The translations under genes and the position numbers were made by a program. DNA of 64,000 nt from Chrysomallon squamiferum (lineage: Eukaryota > Animalia > Mollusca): assembly GCA_012295275.1 (NCBI GenBank), contig CM022671.1, positions 19,778,001 through 19,842,000 of the forward strand, read 5' to 3'. Positions 1 through 26,300 of this stretch are shown in pieces (within the stretch, counting starts at the first letter, position 1; each line of letters begins with the position of its first letter). The notes under the pieces were generated by a model that saw only the letters and a list, made by a program, of their open reading frames with translations, searched no databases and was not told the origin of the DNA.

Positions 1-12115
<12,115 letters not shown>

Positions 12116-12315
12116 NNNNNNNNNNNNNNNNNNNNNNNNNNNNNNNNNNNNNNNNNNNNNNNNNNNNNNNNNNNNNNNNNNNNNNNNNNNNNNNNNNNNN
12201 NNNNNNNNNNNNNNNNNNNNNNNNNNNNNNNNNNNNNNNNNNNNNNNNNNNNNNNNNNNNNNNNNNNNNNNNNNNNNNNNNNNNNNNNNNNNNNNNNNNN
12301 NNNNNNNNNNNNNNN
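12116..12315. other. Assembly gap (200 N)
   Basis: Run of exactly 200 N, a fixed-size scaffolding gap. True size and relative contig orientation are unknown. Confidence 1.
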
Positions 12316-13353
12316 ATAAAATATTTGTTATCACTCAACATTAAAACAAACTAAAATTCAATGGTTCATGAATTGTTTTTCATGCTGTAGTTGAGGTGTG
12401 TTTGAAGACAATCTCTTCATTAACAACAAACATAAAACAAATGTATGTATTTTTTTCTTCTTATTCCATTATAATTACAATTTTTTGGCACACATTCAAC
12501 ACTATTTTTTTAATATAAGATACAAAAAGAAAAACCAAATTACATTTATGATATATATATATATAAAAGCCACAATCTATTATAATATGAACCTTCTTGT
12601 GTTGTACTCAAAATACCAGAATTCAATATAATCATCTTAATTTGGCTGTAAATGTTTAAACACCTTCAGAAATGTATACAGTCAGAATGAACTAGTATTT
12701 GATCAGACCTATATGTATGATTGATATTAAAACAGACACTGTATCAATTCTTTACTTCGTTAATCTTTTTTCATTTTATTTACTCTGTGTGTGCGTTTGT
12801 TTATATATATTTCAACTGTTAATATTGGAACATTTACATGATATCTGGGGACATCAGAAAAGTAATTACTAATGTTCCAAAGATTAAAATGTAAAAAAAA
12901 ATAATAATAAATAAACAAAAATCAATTTTTAAAAGCATAGTCAAAATTAAATTTTAACACACACTACAGTATCATGTTACTTTTCTCCTCTGACAGTTAT
13001 TTAAATAGATATATAAAATTTTTAAAACTTAAATACTCAAACAAAAGCAAAAAATTAATAAACAAAAAAATAAAAAACTGTAACAAAACAACAAGAACAC
13101 CAATTCTAATAACAAAACTACCAAAACTGTTTAATATTGATAAAAAGTGTCCAATAATTCACAGTGGCTAAAAAGAAACTTATAAATTTTCTCATAATAT
13201 TAAGAAAATAGAATCAGTGACATTATTGCCAAGATTTTTTTACTGGTGCCACATAATTTCTTGTATTTCTTTAGCTGGTAACAAAAAATTTAGATTCTTA
13301 TTTTCTTTTCCTGAACTGAAATTTCATTTATTATCTGTTCTCAATACAGTGAA
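12316..13353 (+). repeat. Direct duplication of 62961-64000 (RNF123 3' flank/3' UTR)
   Basis: aaatatttgttatcactcaacattaaaac...tctcaatacagtgaa is collinear in both places with scattered substitutions and small indels. Confidence 0.95.
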
Positions 13354-14354
13354 AATTTCATTACAGCTATTTATCTTAGATTAAAATTTCAGTTTTTCAT
13401 TTTCTTTTTCCCTGCAATTAATAGCATTAAAGGAATAATTCCTGTTTTAAGATTGTTGTTCCTTTAAAAAGAAAACAAGTTTTTATATTTCATTTTGTAA
13501 TACATATCACCAACATTTGTAAAGAAAAAATATTTTGCCACAAATTCAGTGATAATTCCTAGCACAAAGTTTAACTGCTGACTGCTGATATTCAACTACA
13601 ACTAGTCTGATGCTGAAGTAAAAGAAGTACATAATATCTGAAAGTTGATGGATATGTAATAACATATAATTCATTTTAAATATATAACTGGTTCATTTCA
13701 TACTTCAAAATGTTTGACCATATTTGTGCAGTGAAGTTTTATATTTATTTAAGTAGTAGAAGTTACAATAATAAAGAACCGACAGATCTTTGTTGCATTT
13801 TTATAGCTTCTTGTTTGATAATTTTATGCTTGTTGCAGAAAACATATTTTTTAAAAGAAGCTTGTTAATATAAATATTATGTAAATAAATGATCAAGAAA
13901 TTAAATGATTATCTATGCCAATGTTAGAAATAATGAATTCTATGTGAAAAACAGTTAAACTGAGATATACTTCTGATTTTTACAAAACCCAAGAACCCAA
14001 AATAAATCAGCAATTATTTTATACTCAACAAATGGAAAAAAAAAGCTTTAAATCTGTATTAGAATGGTTACATTTAAATGCAATATCCTCTTTCTTCTAG
14101 TCCTATATTAAAAATATTGTAATAAGTTCTTACCAATTCCTAAATAAACAGCAGATATTTCAAAATAAAGCATTAAAACTCGAGCAGTCTACCGGCAGGA
14201 ATTTACTTTAAAACTCTAATAACAACAACAATAATCCTTCATTTAAAAATTAAAATTAATTTAAAATTAAGTAACATTATTCAAGAAAAGTGAAAGTTTC
14301 TGTTGCTAAAATTTCACAGATGTACATAACAGTCAATTAAAATGACTAAGGTTA

Positions 14355-17300
14355 TCAATGCTTTGAGTAATTCTGACATTGTTCTCTGAGAATCTGTTTT
14401 CCTTTCAGGTCTTTTATAGATGTGATCACAGATTTGCAGAAGAAGCATTCCTTCTTTCCCATCAACTGCTGAGTAATGCAGGTCCTGAAATAAGATTTAA
14501 TTTATTACAAACATACTGGTTCTATAAAAGAAGTCTCTTTTCACATAATTGCACATATTTTTTTATTGTACTTTCTGCACTGTCAAGGTGGGGGATGATC
14601 ATCAAAAGGCTAAAAATTAATATATGGTTAAAGTAAGTATTTCAAAGAACAGATTAAAATGTGATATAATATGGCATCTAATAATACAAAACACTCCCTG
14701 ATAAGCTGAGAAAATCAAAATGTTGCTATTTGTCTTACTAAACGTTTAGTCAAATATTTCAGTCTGTTTAAACCACTTTAATTGCTGCATTACTCTCATA
14801 TAAAATACTTGTCAGTGTCCTCTCTGTAAGTATGAATGACTTTATTTCAACAAACCTGCATGATCGATGACCACATGGTACAAAAACAGCTGTTTGTGGA
14901 CTGGCATAGCAGATTGTACACAGATCTTCTTCATTCACAGTGGACTGAAATTTAAAACATTTTCTGCTTAGTTAAACAAGATTTTTACCAATTATTTTCA
15001 ATTAATATAAATAAATAATTAACTGTAAATTTAAAGATTTTAAAGTATTTAAATGATTGTTAGTTAAGCACATGTTTTTTGGATAATGTTCAATTAGCTG
15101 GACTAATCTTATTAATTAACGACAAGGAATACTTTTTGCCATGAACAGAAAAACATGTACCATGCCCTTTGATACACTAAGACATTGACTGGAATGAGAA
15201 GTATTAGTATTCAAGGACTTACGTACAGAATCCTATTTTTAGTGCTTTATCAGTATTAATTTACAACATTTATTAAATAGGAAATTGTTGCTATCATCAT
15301 CATCATTATTACTATTATTTTTGTCATTATTAAATATACATATATCCTTTTGTTCCTAATGAATTAAAGAACATGACTTAAAGAAAATAATATTAAATTT
15401 TCCATGATTCCTAGCTAAAATATCTTTGACGTATCCAAATTATTAACAGGTTGGTTTTAATTCACACGTTTTGCTGTTTGTCCAGCTCTTTCTGTTTCCC
15501 CTGCAGATACAGATACAAATTTTCTATTTCTTCCATTTCTTCTTTATTCACTTCTTCAACTGTAATCATTAAACAAAATCATGCAGTAAATTTCTCTCTA
15601 TAAACAAATGTTTCTTTCAAAAATTCATAATGAATTTAAAAGATTTACAATTTTATTTTCCATAAATATTTAAGAAAAAACAATAATAAAATAAATAAAG
15701 TAATAAACAAAAAAAACAACAACAAAATTTTTTTTTTCTAATTATGCATATCAGTTTGGCAATATCTTACAGTCTGATAAGGAAAAGAATTTATCCTTTG
15801 GTTTGACTGGAGGGATCTTTCCTAATACAAACTCTAAAGTAGACAGCTGGAAACCAGTATCTGTCAGTAATGCCTTGGTTGCCTTCTCCTTGCTGAAACC
15901 GTCAAAATAGTTAATTTATCTTTTCTTATCTAGTAATAGCTTTGTTTTACAAAATAGGAATTATAAAGCTTAAATATGTAACTGTAAAATGTGCACGTGT
16001 ATGTGTGTGCTCATTTGTATATTTCTTTCCACAGACTAACATATAAGATGAAAATAAGTTTATTTATTGTTTAACTTTACTAAAACTGACATACTTTGAG
16101 CCAACTGGCTTGTTGATAAGCTGATTGAGAATTCCTACAGCAACTGTAAGAACTGGAAAATATGTGACACTATCCAAACCTGTATGTAAAAAACAAATAC
16201 TTTTCATGAGACATTCCCAATAATGTTACAATAATATATTTAATACAAAACTACATTGATACTGTTTCTGAAAAGGTTATTTGTTTTTTATTGATACATT
16301 TTACCAACACCTACTATAACAATTTTTTCTTTGTTCTAATAGCATTACTTTTTTTTTTTTTTTTTTTCATTTAAAAAAAATTTAACAGTTACCCAGTAAT
16401 ATATCAAATGTAAACATTAAGGATAAATAATTTAAGAACAAAACAGTACCTGGTATGGGTAATGAGACCAGACTTTCAAATGCTCCACCCCTGAATGTAA
16501 TTCTACTCAAAACCTGACTTAGCAACTATTTAAAAACAATATTGAATTATTTAAGTTATTGCAAGTGATTTTTTTTTTTTTAAATGTGGCAGAAACCAAA
16601 AAATGCAGTGTACAAATAAAATAAAATAATAAATACAACAATTTTATTAATGAAGAAGAATATAAATTCAGTACTGACTAGTTTCATTTAAACAGTATTA
16701 AAAAGAAAAGAAGAAGAAACACACGTACAGACAAAGACATACACACTCTATTTTCTTAATCAAGTATAAAACAATAATAACCCAAGAGAGAGTATCAACC
16801 TATATTCTCATATATAATAATAACATAACTTACTTGCATTATCCGTTTAAGGAAGAGTTCAGAAGATGGTCTTGTCCAGTCAGTAAAGAGCTGGGGTGCA
16901 ATGGTTGCCACCATTTCCAACACTCTCATTAGACACACAGAAATCTCAAAACATGCAGCACAGATCTTTAACTGTCGACCTTCTAGAAACAGATGTTCAG
17001 TTTTGGTCACAAGCTGTTGAATCTGAACGTAAGAAAAAAAATCTGTTTGAAACTGCAACCTGCATATGAAAGTTCATGTAATAAATCATCCCATAAATCA
17101 GTAAAAAGCCAAGTGAAACAAATACATAAAGAAATATTGTCCATTACTAAAAGGAAATAAAAGTAAATAATTTTTTTTCTCTTTTGAGTCTTTCAAAATA
17201 AAAGTTGATAATTTCATTTTAATTTAACCTCTTCACAAATGAGGCCACATGCATGCCTAAAACCAAGCCTAAAATTCACTAAAGAAACTCTATTATGTTT

Positions 17301-20300
17301 TTACTCATTGTATTATGACTGCTATAGTAGTGACTAAAAGTACTGATGGGGTTATGATACCAGTTATGATACAAGCTGTATAATGCAAGAAACATTTTAT
17401 TATTATAACTCTTTTTTTTTTCATCATTCTTTTTAATGTTTATTAAGACATACTGACTGAGATATCTTATTGAAAAATTTAGATTTTCATTCTCAGATGA
17501 CATTACAACTTTAAAAAAAATATATTTTAAGTTAAAAAACAAAATAAAACTTGAGAAAAGAAAAACCAACTAAAGCAGATTTCATAATAAATAAAAAATC
17601 AACTAACCTCTTGCATGATGCCGACAAACTCTGAGAATGACCAGTTGAGTTGATTCATCAAAGTGTCAAGGAAACGTGTGGATGCTTTCATCATCCAGCA
17701 ATATTTTAGCAAGCAGAGACTGGAACTTGAGGGACGGACATGGCTCTTTAATTGCAGTTTGTGAAAATAAAAACAACTTTTAGAAGAGCGAAAATGTGAA
17801 TTGTTAATGCACAGTTGGCAAATGATCTAAGATGGGGAAAAAATGCCGAATTTTTATATTAATAGAATTTCAATTCATAATATAGTTTGAAAATAAATTT
17901 GAGGTATTTTACAATAGGCAATACAATTTCTAAAATCTTCCCTTTGCATTCTGTTAAAGAAAACAGCTTTGTATAAGAACAAAGATGCTGCAATTTTCCA
18001 CGCATATAGCACTGTATATTCTTGATTTGAAAATACATGTTTCAGTTACCATTACCAACATATCATATAAATCTTTCAACTTACTATGCAAACTCACAAA
18101 ACTAAACTCAGTTGGCTGAACTTTTGAAGGCACAAGATTTGGCAAGTAGCGATATCGGAAGGCAAAACCACAGCCCTGGAAGAAAAAAAGAAAAAAGAAA
18201 AAATGTATTAATGAATCCAGTTTATTCTGAGTGACTACCATCACGTAACTGAAAAAACTGTGAACCACGATAGGAGTGAACTATGATATACCAGACATTC
18301 TGTTATATAATCCAGTAGAAAATCAACAAAGATCACTAAATGTATCATACATGTTAAAAGATCTCCGTATTCTATGAATTACATTTTTGTTGATATATTC
18401 CTGAAAAGAAAGAACTGAAACAATTTTCACTAACAGTGTAAAAGAAAAAGTATTTAAACCAGCTATTTCATGACTTAAACACATATTTTCCAAAGTCATA
18501 CAAGAATCCAATTTGTGTGAGCCCAAGATCTGTTTTCATATGGAGCTATTAGCGCACGGAGAACAGATTTTGACTGAAATATAAAAACATAAAGAAAATA
18601 ATATATTACTTTTAAAAATGAGTCAGATGTTTTTTACAATAGTAATAAGATGTAACTTCTTTCATAACAACAATGTAAGTTAAAACAATTAATATAATTT
18701 TTAAAGTCAGATTTCTTTACCATTTTACAATGCTGTCCAAAACCTTTGCAGTAATAATACAATATTTAAAACAACTGTCTGATATATGTATTAGTATATT
18801 TAAAACTTATCAGATATATTACAAGAATATAACATTTAGACGCAATTGTCACGTACATTTACTATATCTGACAATAATATAACATGCATAACAGTTTTTA
18901 AATATATTTCCAGTAATAAAGCTAACTTAACTGTTGTCATATAACTTTAAATTTTGTAACATGTGATCAAAATTATATTAAGTGAGAAAATTAAATTGTT
19001 ATGTCAGTTTTTCTCATTAAAATTAAAATATGTTTACCAACCCTCTATCAGTGGCAGACAACATTAAATAAACTATCTATGTATTCATGTATCTAATATA
19101 TCAAAGTAAACAAAATCATTCTGTTAAGCAAAGTCTAGATAATTTCTTATATATATACACACAAACACATATTTTTTTACCTATCGAGAGGCAATGATTC
19201 AAGAATCTTCAGTATCCGAGGGTAACAAATAAAGCAAGTTAGAGCTTGGACTAGATTATCACGGAAAGGCATGTTAAAAATGAATGTATATTTTCAGCTT
19301 TTACTGGTTGTTTTGACTACATTACAGAATAAGATGTCAAATGTGTTCTGAAAAAAGAGTTTGTGTGTCTTACCATTGCTGACAATTCTGGTATCAGCAA
19401 AATGATTGATGAGAAACTCTGCATATTTCTTAAGTAGCAAGTCATCATAACCTGCAAACACACCACAATAAGAAAAACAAAATTAGTATTATTTATCACT
19501 AATAAATTATCAACTGATTCTGTTCTAATAAAAGTGAAACGGTAATACACTAAATATTAAGGTTAGAAAAGTTTTCATTATACTGACATTTCCTGTGAGA
19601 GTTATGTTATAATAAAGATTCTCATATGTATCTATTATAAATAGAAATACATTCATTATCTCAGAGAAAGTTTAAAGGGATTTAATTAAAATTAAATCTG
19701 GCAGGACAGAAAGATTATCGGTTTAAGTGTATATTTTTAGATAAGATAATCAGGCACACAAATTATAAAATTTATAATCTACCATCGATTGCTTCAAATC
19801 TCATTGTAGGGTGCATGTAGTATCTCAGTGCAATATAACAGGTAATACAGGATTCTATGTAGAATTCTGGTAAATACTGAAACAGTCGGCCATACTTGGA
19901 GGCTTTCTCGATTGTTTTCAATAGTACATTTAACAGCCAGGTAATATCCCTTTGCTTGGTCTGTTTAGGATAAGAAAAAGTATTAATATTTTGTTTGTTC
20001 TTAATTTACAATACTTTTTTTGGTGAAAAATCAATTAATATTAAGAGGAGAATTTTTGGTAAAACAAATAATAACTCAAAGTAAAGCAATAATTTTGTTT
20101 AGTCATACCCAAAGTAAGTATTTTTATAATCTTTTCAATATGATAAATAAACATTTTGTTACATTATAATCAGTGTTTAGCCTGACTCTTAGGTGAAATA
20201 TTTGATACAGACACATTCATAATTGTTAATGTAAAATAAAGCCTTATTGCTGGATTCAAGAAGACTGAAACCACTAATGTTAACAGAATGAAAATGGAAC

Positions 20301-21962
20301 TGCTTTCACCTTTTTGAGGTTATAAACTGGTTAAAACATTTGTCTTTTTAATAAAAATAATATATACACATCCGCTTTAAATGTAAACTTTTTGTTAAGA
20401 ATTCAGAATTTCTTGTTTTAAATCATCTGTTCCTTTTATTGGAAAATGAACAAATATACTAACATATTTTGGTCGTGGCATACCATGTATCAAATAAAGA
20501 AATCTTTGAACATTTTATTACTTGTATTCTTTACCTTTGAATAAATAACTGCAACAACCCATCCCATCTGTCTAGCCTGTTCAGTGATCTTGTCAAGAAA
20601 CACCTGCTTGGCATTACCAAGGTATTCACGTACATCAGTCATCTTTAAAAATAAAAATAAATAATTTATCAGTAGAGTCTGTCCTAATAACATATCCATT
20701 TAGTGGAATATTGTATGACTTGATGGTTATTTTTCTGATCCAAACAATTGTGTGTGTGTATTGCGTGTGTGTGTGTGTATATATATTTGACATGTTTCTA
20801 AATAATCCTTTTTTGCCCTTTAAGACCAATATTAGCTAATTATGAAATATGACAAAAATAATAAAAAATGGCATTGTTTTACATCTTTGCTTTGGTCAAG
20901 TAGTAATATATAACATACAGAAATGTATTCAGAGTTGACATTTCAAATGACCGATTTACAAATTCTTCAAAAAGTACCTTGATTACACAGTTATCACCTT
21001 CACTAAAAAAAAGAGGAGAATTTATCTGTAACATATACAGATATAATATTTTTAATTTTTAAATTTCATTATATCAAAGTCTAATACTTCCACATTTAAA
21101 AAAATGTGACAAATCAATTTTTTATATGTTTAACTTACATCTGAAGGACATCTCTTCAGCTTATCTTCTGTATCTTGATAGGCTAGGACAAATTCTTTTA
21201 AATTATCTCGTAATGCACACATCTGAAAAATGTTTTAAACATTTTTTTAAACATTTACACACATTATTATTACCTGGTACATGAAAAACTGCAATGTTTT
21301 TCATTAAAATTAGCAAAATGATTTACTTAAATTTGCGATATCATTCAATGAAATCTGAATTATTATTAAATGAAGTCTGCAAAATGATTAACTGAAATTT
21401 GTATTATTTATTATGAACTGAAATCTGTGTTATTATTAACCATAATCTGTAATATTCAACTACAATTTGCATTATCAATAACCAAAATTTGAACTATTTT
21501 TACAAACATTTGTATTATATTTCACAAACATTCACAGTATTATTCCCTTTAATTGAGGCATTAAAAATCTCAAAATATTTTAATATTGTTCACTGAAAGT
21601 TGCCATCTTAACTAATAAAAGTAGATTCAGTTACGCTTGTTTTTTTTTTTTTTACCTTGCCTAGTTGTTTGTGTGCTGCTATATGGTACAGGAGAATAAG
21701 ACTATCAAGAAGTCTCATCAGAGTGTTTCCACTTGGCATTTCACGTTCCGGATACTCAGCTGCAACAGATAGAATAGCATATTTAAAATCAAAGCAAATC
21801 TATATGTGTATGGTATTAAACCAGACATTTTTATTATCATTTCTTTCTCTACAGAAACTAAATATTGTTAAAACTTTAGAATTTAGGTTTTAATATTCTT
21901 AAAAAAAAAAAAAAAAAAAAAAAATATCAACACCAATATAACAACTCACTACATTACTGGAA

Positions 21963-22003
<41 letters not shown>

Positions 22004-22742
22004 AAAAGTAAATAAATAAAAACAATTTTACATTTTTCAGCAGAGTGATCTTTTCCTGACTTTTTGTCCACTTTCACAACTTTTCCATCATCGGTGAGAG
22101 AAATTCCCTGAGCTTTGTTTACTTCAGCTTTGAATTAAAATGGAAAAAATGTATATATTTGAAAAATATCATATATGAATAAACTTAAAATCAATATATG
22201 TTCTGCATATTACTAATATACATAATTTATGTCAGAGCTGAAAATTTATAAAACTATATTTACTGTTAAAAATAGTTTTTTTTTCTTCTTAAAATAAGCT
22301 GTATGAAACTACAAACATCCATTCATAATCAATAAACAAAACAAAATAAAATAAAAATACATCAGACAAATATTTTCTGTATCAAAAATCAACAGCTGTA
22401 AAAAATTATTGTATTTTTTATGTTTAATTTTTGTAAGTTTAAATAAATGTGAAAAACTTCCAAACAGATCTATAAAATAAATGCTTAGAAAAAAACTATG
22501 CTAAACTAATGAAAATTAATTAAAAATGTGAAAGAAATACTGATGTTATTATTATAAGAACAAGGATGTCGTCAATACATGAAAATAATCAAACTGAACC
22601 TGTATTTACTATGGACTTGATGCTATAATTTAAAACTCACCACCAAGAGTTCTGTTAAGATGAGACATTAAACCGCCACAGCGTTGGAAGTCAAAGTAAT
22701 CTGTTGAGTCAGTCCAGAATTGTTGCATAGGCAAAAATGCCT
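14355..22742 (-). pseudogene. RNF123: RNF123/KPC1 E3 ligase, 5'-truncated unprocessed pseudogene (last 18 exons, C-terminal RING)
   Basis: Exons 22742-22641, 22127-22032, 21759-21656, 21222-21139, 20642-20535, 19960-19783, 19451-19374, ~19269-19181, 18573-18487, 18175-18085, 17745-17608, 17022-16834, 16525-16450, 16179-16095, 15892-15771, 15559-15468, 14944-14856, 14484-14355. RNF123 motifs: [79 protein letters not shown]. Lesions: in-frame TGA (18498-18496), donor GT>AT (18486), frameshifts (~18570, ~17686), missing acceptor (~19270). No SPRY-domain exons found upstream. Confidence 0.9.
15138..15200 (-). mobile_element. Short degenerate Nin/Deu-domain SINE fragment
   Basis: Reverse complement ttctcattccagtcaatgtc..gtatcaaagggcatggtacatgtttttctgttcatgg aligns loosely with the element at 31385-31500. 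Confidence 0.35.
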
Positions 22743-23360
22743 CTGTAAAATTAAATTACACTAAATACAAAAATATCTACTTCATTATAATTATAAATAT
22801 TTCACATTTTTGTATTATAACAGTTTCTCCAGAACATGCTATCTTAATTTATCATTATACTTGCCTTGTATTTCTCATAATTATTAAATAATTTAAATGT
22901 ATGAATATTTTCATTTTGAAAATTTCTTAACAGCATGTGTTTATCCACACACCAAAAACCTTTGCTTGTATATTCAAAACATTACCAACATTGCCTCCAG
23001 CCCATACAAAAAAAAAAAAAAAAATCATTACAGCATTAATAATAATAATAACTAAATATATTTAGCTTTTAAAATTCATGATATAAAAAAAATTGACTGA
23101 ATTTGAATTAAAAGGCATAAATTATAATTATAAACATTTATGTAACAAAAAAGATTGATATAGTAAAAAAAAAGTAACATGATAGTACAGTAGTTATTAG
23201 AATATATTTTCTTTTTGTTGACAATTCTGTTAGATTTAATTTAGAATTTTTTCAAACAATATTTCAGTTGCCTAATAAACTAAAAAATAAAAAAATAAAA
23301 ACAATAGATCATAATTTGAAATGTGTAACTGATGAAGCATTTTGTATTTATTTTTTAAAT

Positions 23361-23391
<31 letters not shown>

Positions 23392-26300
23392 TTTTTTATA
23401 ATAATTTTAAATTTTTTTAATGCTTTATTTATTTATTTATTTTTGTTGTGAATGTGCAACAGTTCTTTTTAGTTAGAATGAATTGAATATTTTTGTCTGA
23501 AGTGCATTTTAATTTATATATACTGATGTATACTTTTGGGGGGGGGGAAATGATGAAAATAATTGATCCATTAGCTTTTCCATTCCTGGCTAATATGTTA
23601 TAATGCACAATCCAGTGTAAAACAGTTTAAAATGATTGATATGAAATAATTTATACCATACAGCAAAAATCATTAATAAAGTAATAAAAACAATAACCAC
23701 AATAATAAATTAAAAACATTTTTGTTCAGTATTTATTTTTAAAATCTTTTTGTTTATGTTGATATCACAAAATAGTTGTCATGCTTTGTGTACAAGTATT
23801 TTGAAATAAATGTTATGTACTTCCTACTTCCCATGTATCATGTGATGTCCTTTGTGTCTTCAGGCTTAACATTTTCAGGGAAATTATTAATTCAACACAT
23901 TTTTTTGCATGTATACCAAATAGAATGTTAATCTTCTAACCTTATTTCAAAAGATATATATTATTTCAACAATTACATATCTGTTGTTTAATTATATATA
24001 TTATATGCGTTAGATAACCATAGATCTAGAATGCTTGATGAAAGTTTTCTCTTTACAGACTTGAAATTTAATTCAGTACTAGGATTTCATTAGTAATATA
24101 GTTTGTGTTAGTTGATGAATCTTTTATTAGAGATTATGACTTTGTGCTTTTTGAAGTGAATGTCAGGATTATTAAAAATAATAAATAGTAGATAAAATCT
24201 TTTTAGCATGAATTCTTTTTGCTTTTGATTTCTAAATTTGACCATAACTTCAGTGAGCACATATTCAGTAAGAATAGTTTACTTTTGTATTCTATCCAAC
24301 ATCTGACACAAAATGTGTACTATTATTGTTTTTACTAGACCTGGAGCTGAAGATGTTCTCGTATTGAAACAGGAACTTATCAGTGTACAGACTCTTATGG
24401 ACAAGATGACTCTGGAACGGGAAAAAGAGAGAGATGACCTTGAACGGGAACTTGAAAAACTTAAAGAGAAACATAAAACGTTAGTTTATTATTTTAAATT
24501 ACTTAAGTTGTGTTATATTGGTGGGTAATTATCAGAATCAGTCATTTGTGTATTGTAACATGAAAATGTTAGCAATAGAGGTTGATGGGAGTGATTCAAC
24601 AGTTTCTTTAGCAGTAGTTTTGTTGTAAGATCCACATCCTTTATCATATTATATAGAGCTTAAGATCCACCAGTGCCTCAGTGGTACATGTTAACTTGGA
24701 TATAAAGATACCTGAATGTTATGAATGCTTCTTTCCATTAATTTTTTTTGTTGAGCTATATCACAAATGATTCTTTAATTACTGCGCCTTTGTTTAGATA
24801 TTAAATAAGTTGACTGTTAAAATAAATGAATTTCAGGTCAGAAGAAAAAATAAAAGAATTACAGAATGAACTTGACAGAGCTCCAAAGGAAGAGGAAGTT
24901 AAACAGTATGATTTGTTTATTTTTTATTATTCTTTTTTATTTTTTAAAGAGCTCATTTACAGTTGAATTTATATATTAAAAAAAAACAAAATTAATATTA
25001 AGAGATTTATTTTAGCTTATGTTATTATTATTATTTATTTAGATATATTTTTTACTTACACATTAATCCAATTTTTGAAAAGAGTTTATTTATAATTTAA
25101 TCTTTAAAAAAAATAAATCAGCTTTTTTATTGATTATTGTTACAGTTATTACAATTATGGGTTATTATTATTATTATTATTATTATACAGTCTTCAATCA
25201 GCTTTAAGTGAAAAAGATTCTGGATCAGAACATTTGACCTCATTACTTCAAGGAAAGGACACAGAAATTAAACAACTGTCTGATGATAAATATGAGGTAA
25301 CAGATGAAGATGTTTAAAATATATTCTGTTATAAAGTCAAATTAATAACATTAATTTCATTATTGTTATAACTTTTAAAAAATTATTTAATTTTTGTTTA
25401 TTTATCTAAATGACTATAAATCTTTTAAATTGATTTGTTTTCCATTTTTATATTACTCCAAAATCAAAAAAAAAAAAAAAAAAAAAAAACAGAAAGAAAG
25501 AAAATCATTACTTTTGAAAGTGAAATATCACCATCTAATTTTCATACATTCAGTAAGATAAATTATTTTTGTTTTTAAAATTTAGATTCAAATATATCTT
25601 TATAATATGTAAAAAGTATCTTATAGGATGATCCTGAGAATAAATCATATTTGCATGGATTAATATTGTTAAAAACATTATTTTGAAGATATTTTCTTTT
25701 TACAGAAAAAACCACTTTCAGTTCAGTCATGAAACTGTTATTATAGTTCTGTAAAATATAAATTTTTTATATTGTAGTTAAGCAAACAGCTTGAAGAAAT
25801 GGAATCAAAGCTGTTAGAAAAAGAAAAAGCTGCAGAAGCACTGGGACAGGAGAGTATCAAATTTCAAGAAGAGAAGAACAACCTGATGAACAGACTGAGT
25901 ATTGCCGAGGAGAAAAACACAAAGTTTGAAGCAGACATCAAACAGGTTTGTTTTTATTGCACTGTTACAGATCATAAACCTCTTAATAGAAGTTTGTAGT
26001 GTACCATGCTGGTGTTTTCAGAATCAGTAAAAAGCACATTTAGTAATTAAAAACAACAGGCTGCACTAAAATAGCGGGGGTTTATTTGTCACCAAAAGAG
26101 ATGTGGGAAATGATGAAAACAATGCTCAGGGTTTTTCTTCAGTTTAAATTACTGGTTTTGTGATGATTAATTTCAAATCTGGAAGTATTACAATATTATG
26201 ATAAACTTGAATTTCTCTATTTTAAGAATCATATTTAAAATTTTTAAGTCTGATAATTTTATTAAAAAATTGAGCAACATTATTGCATTTTAACTTTACA

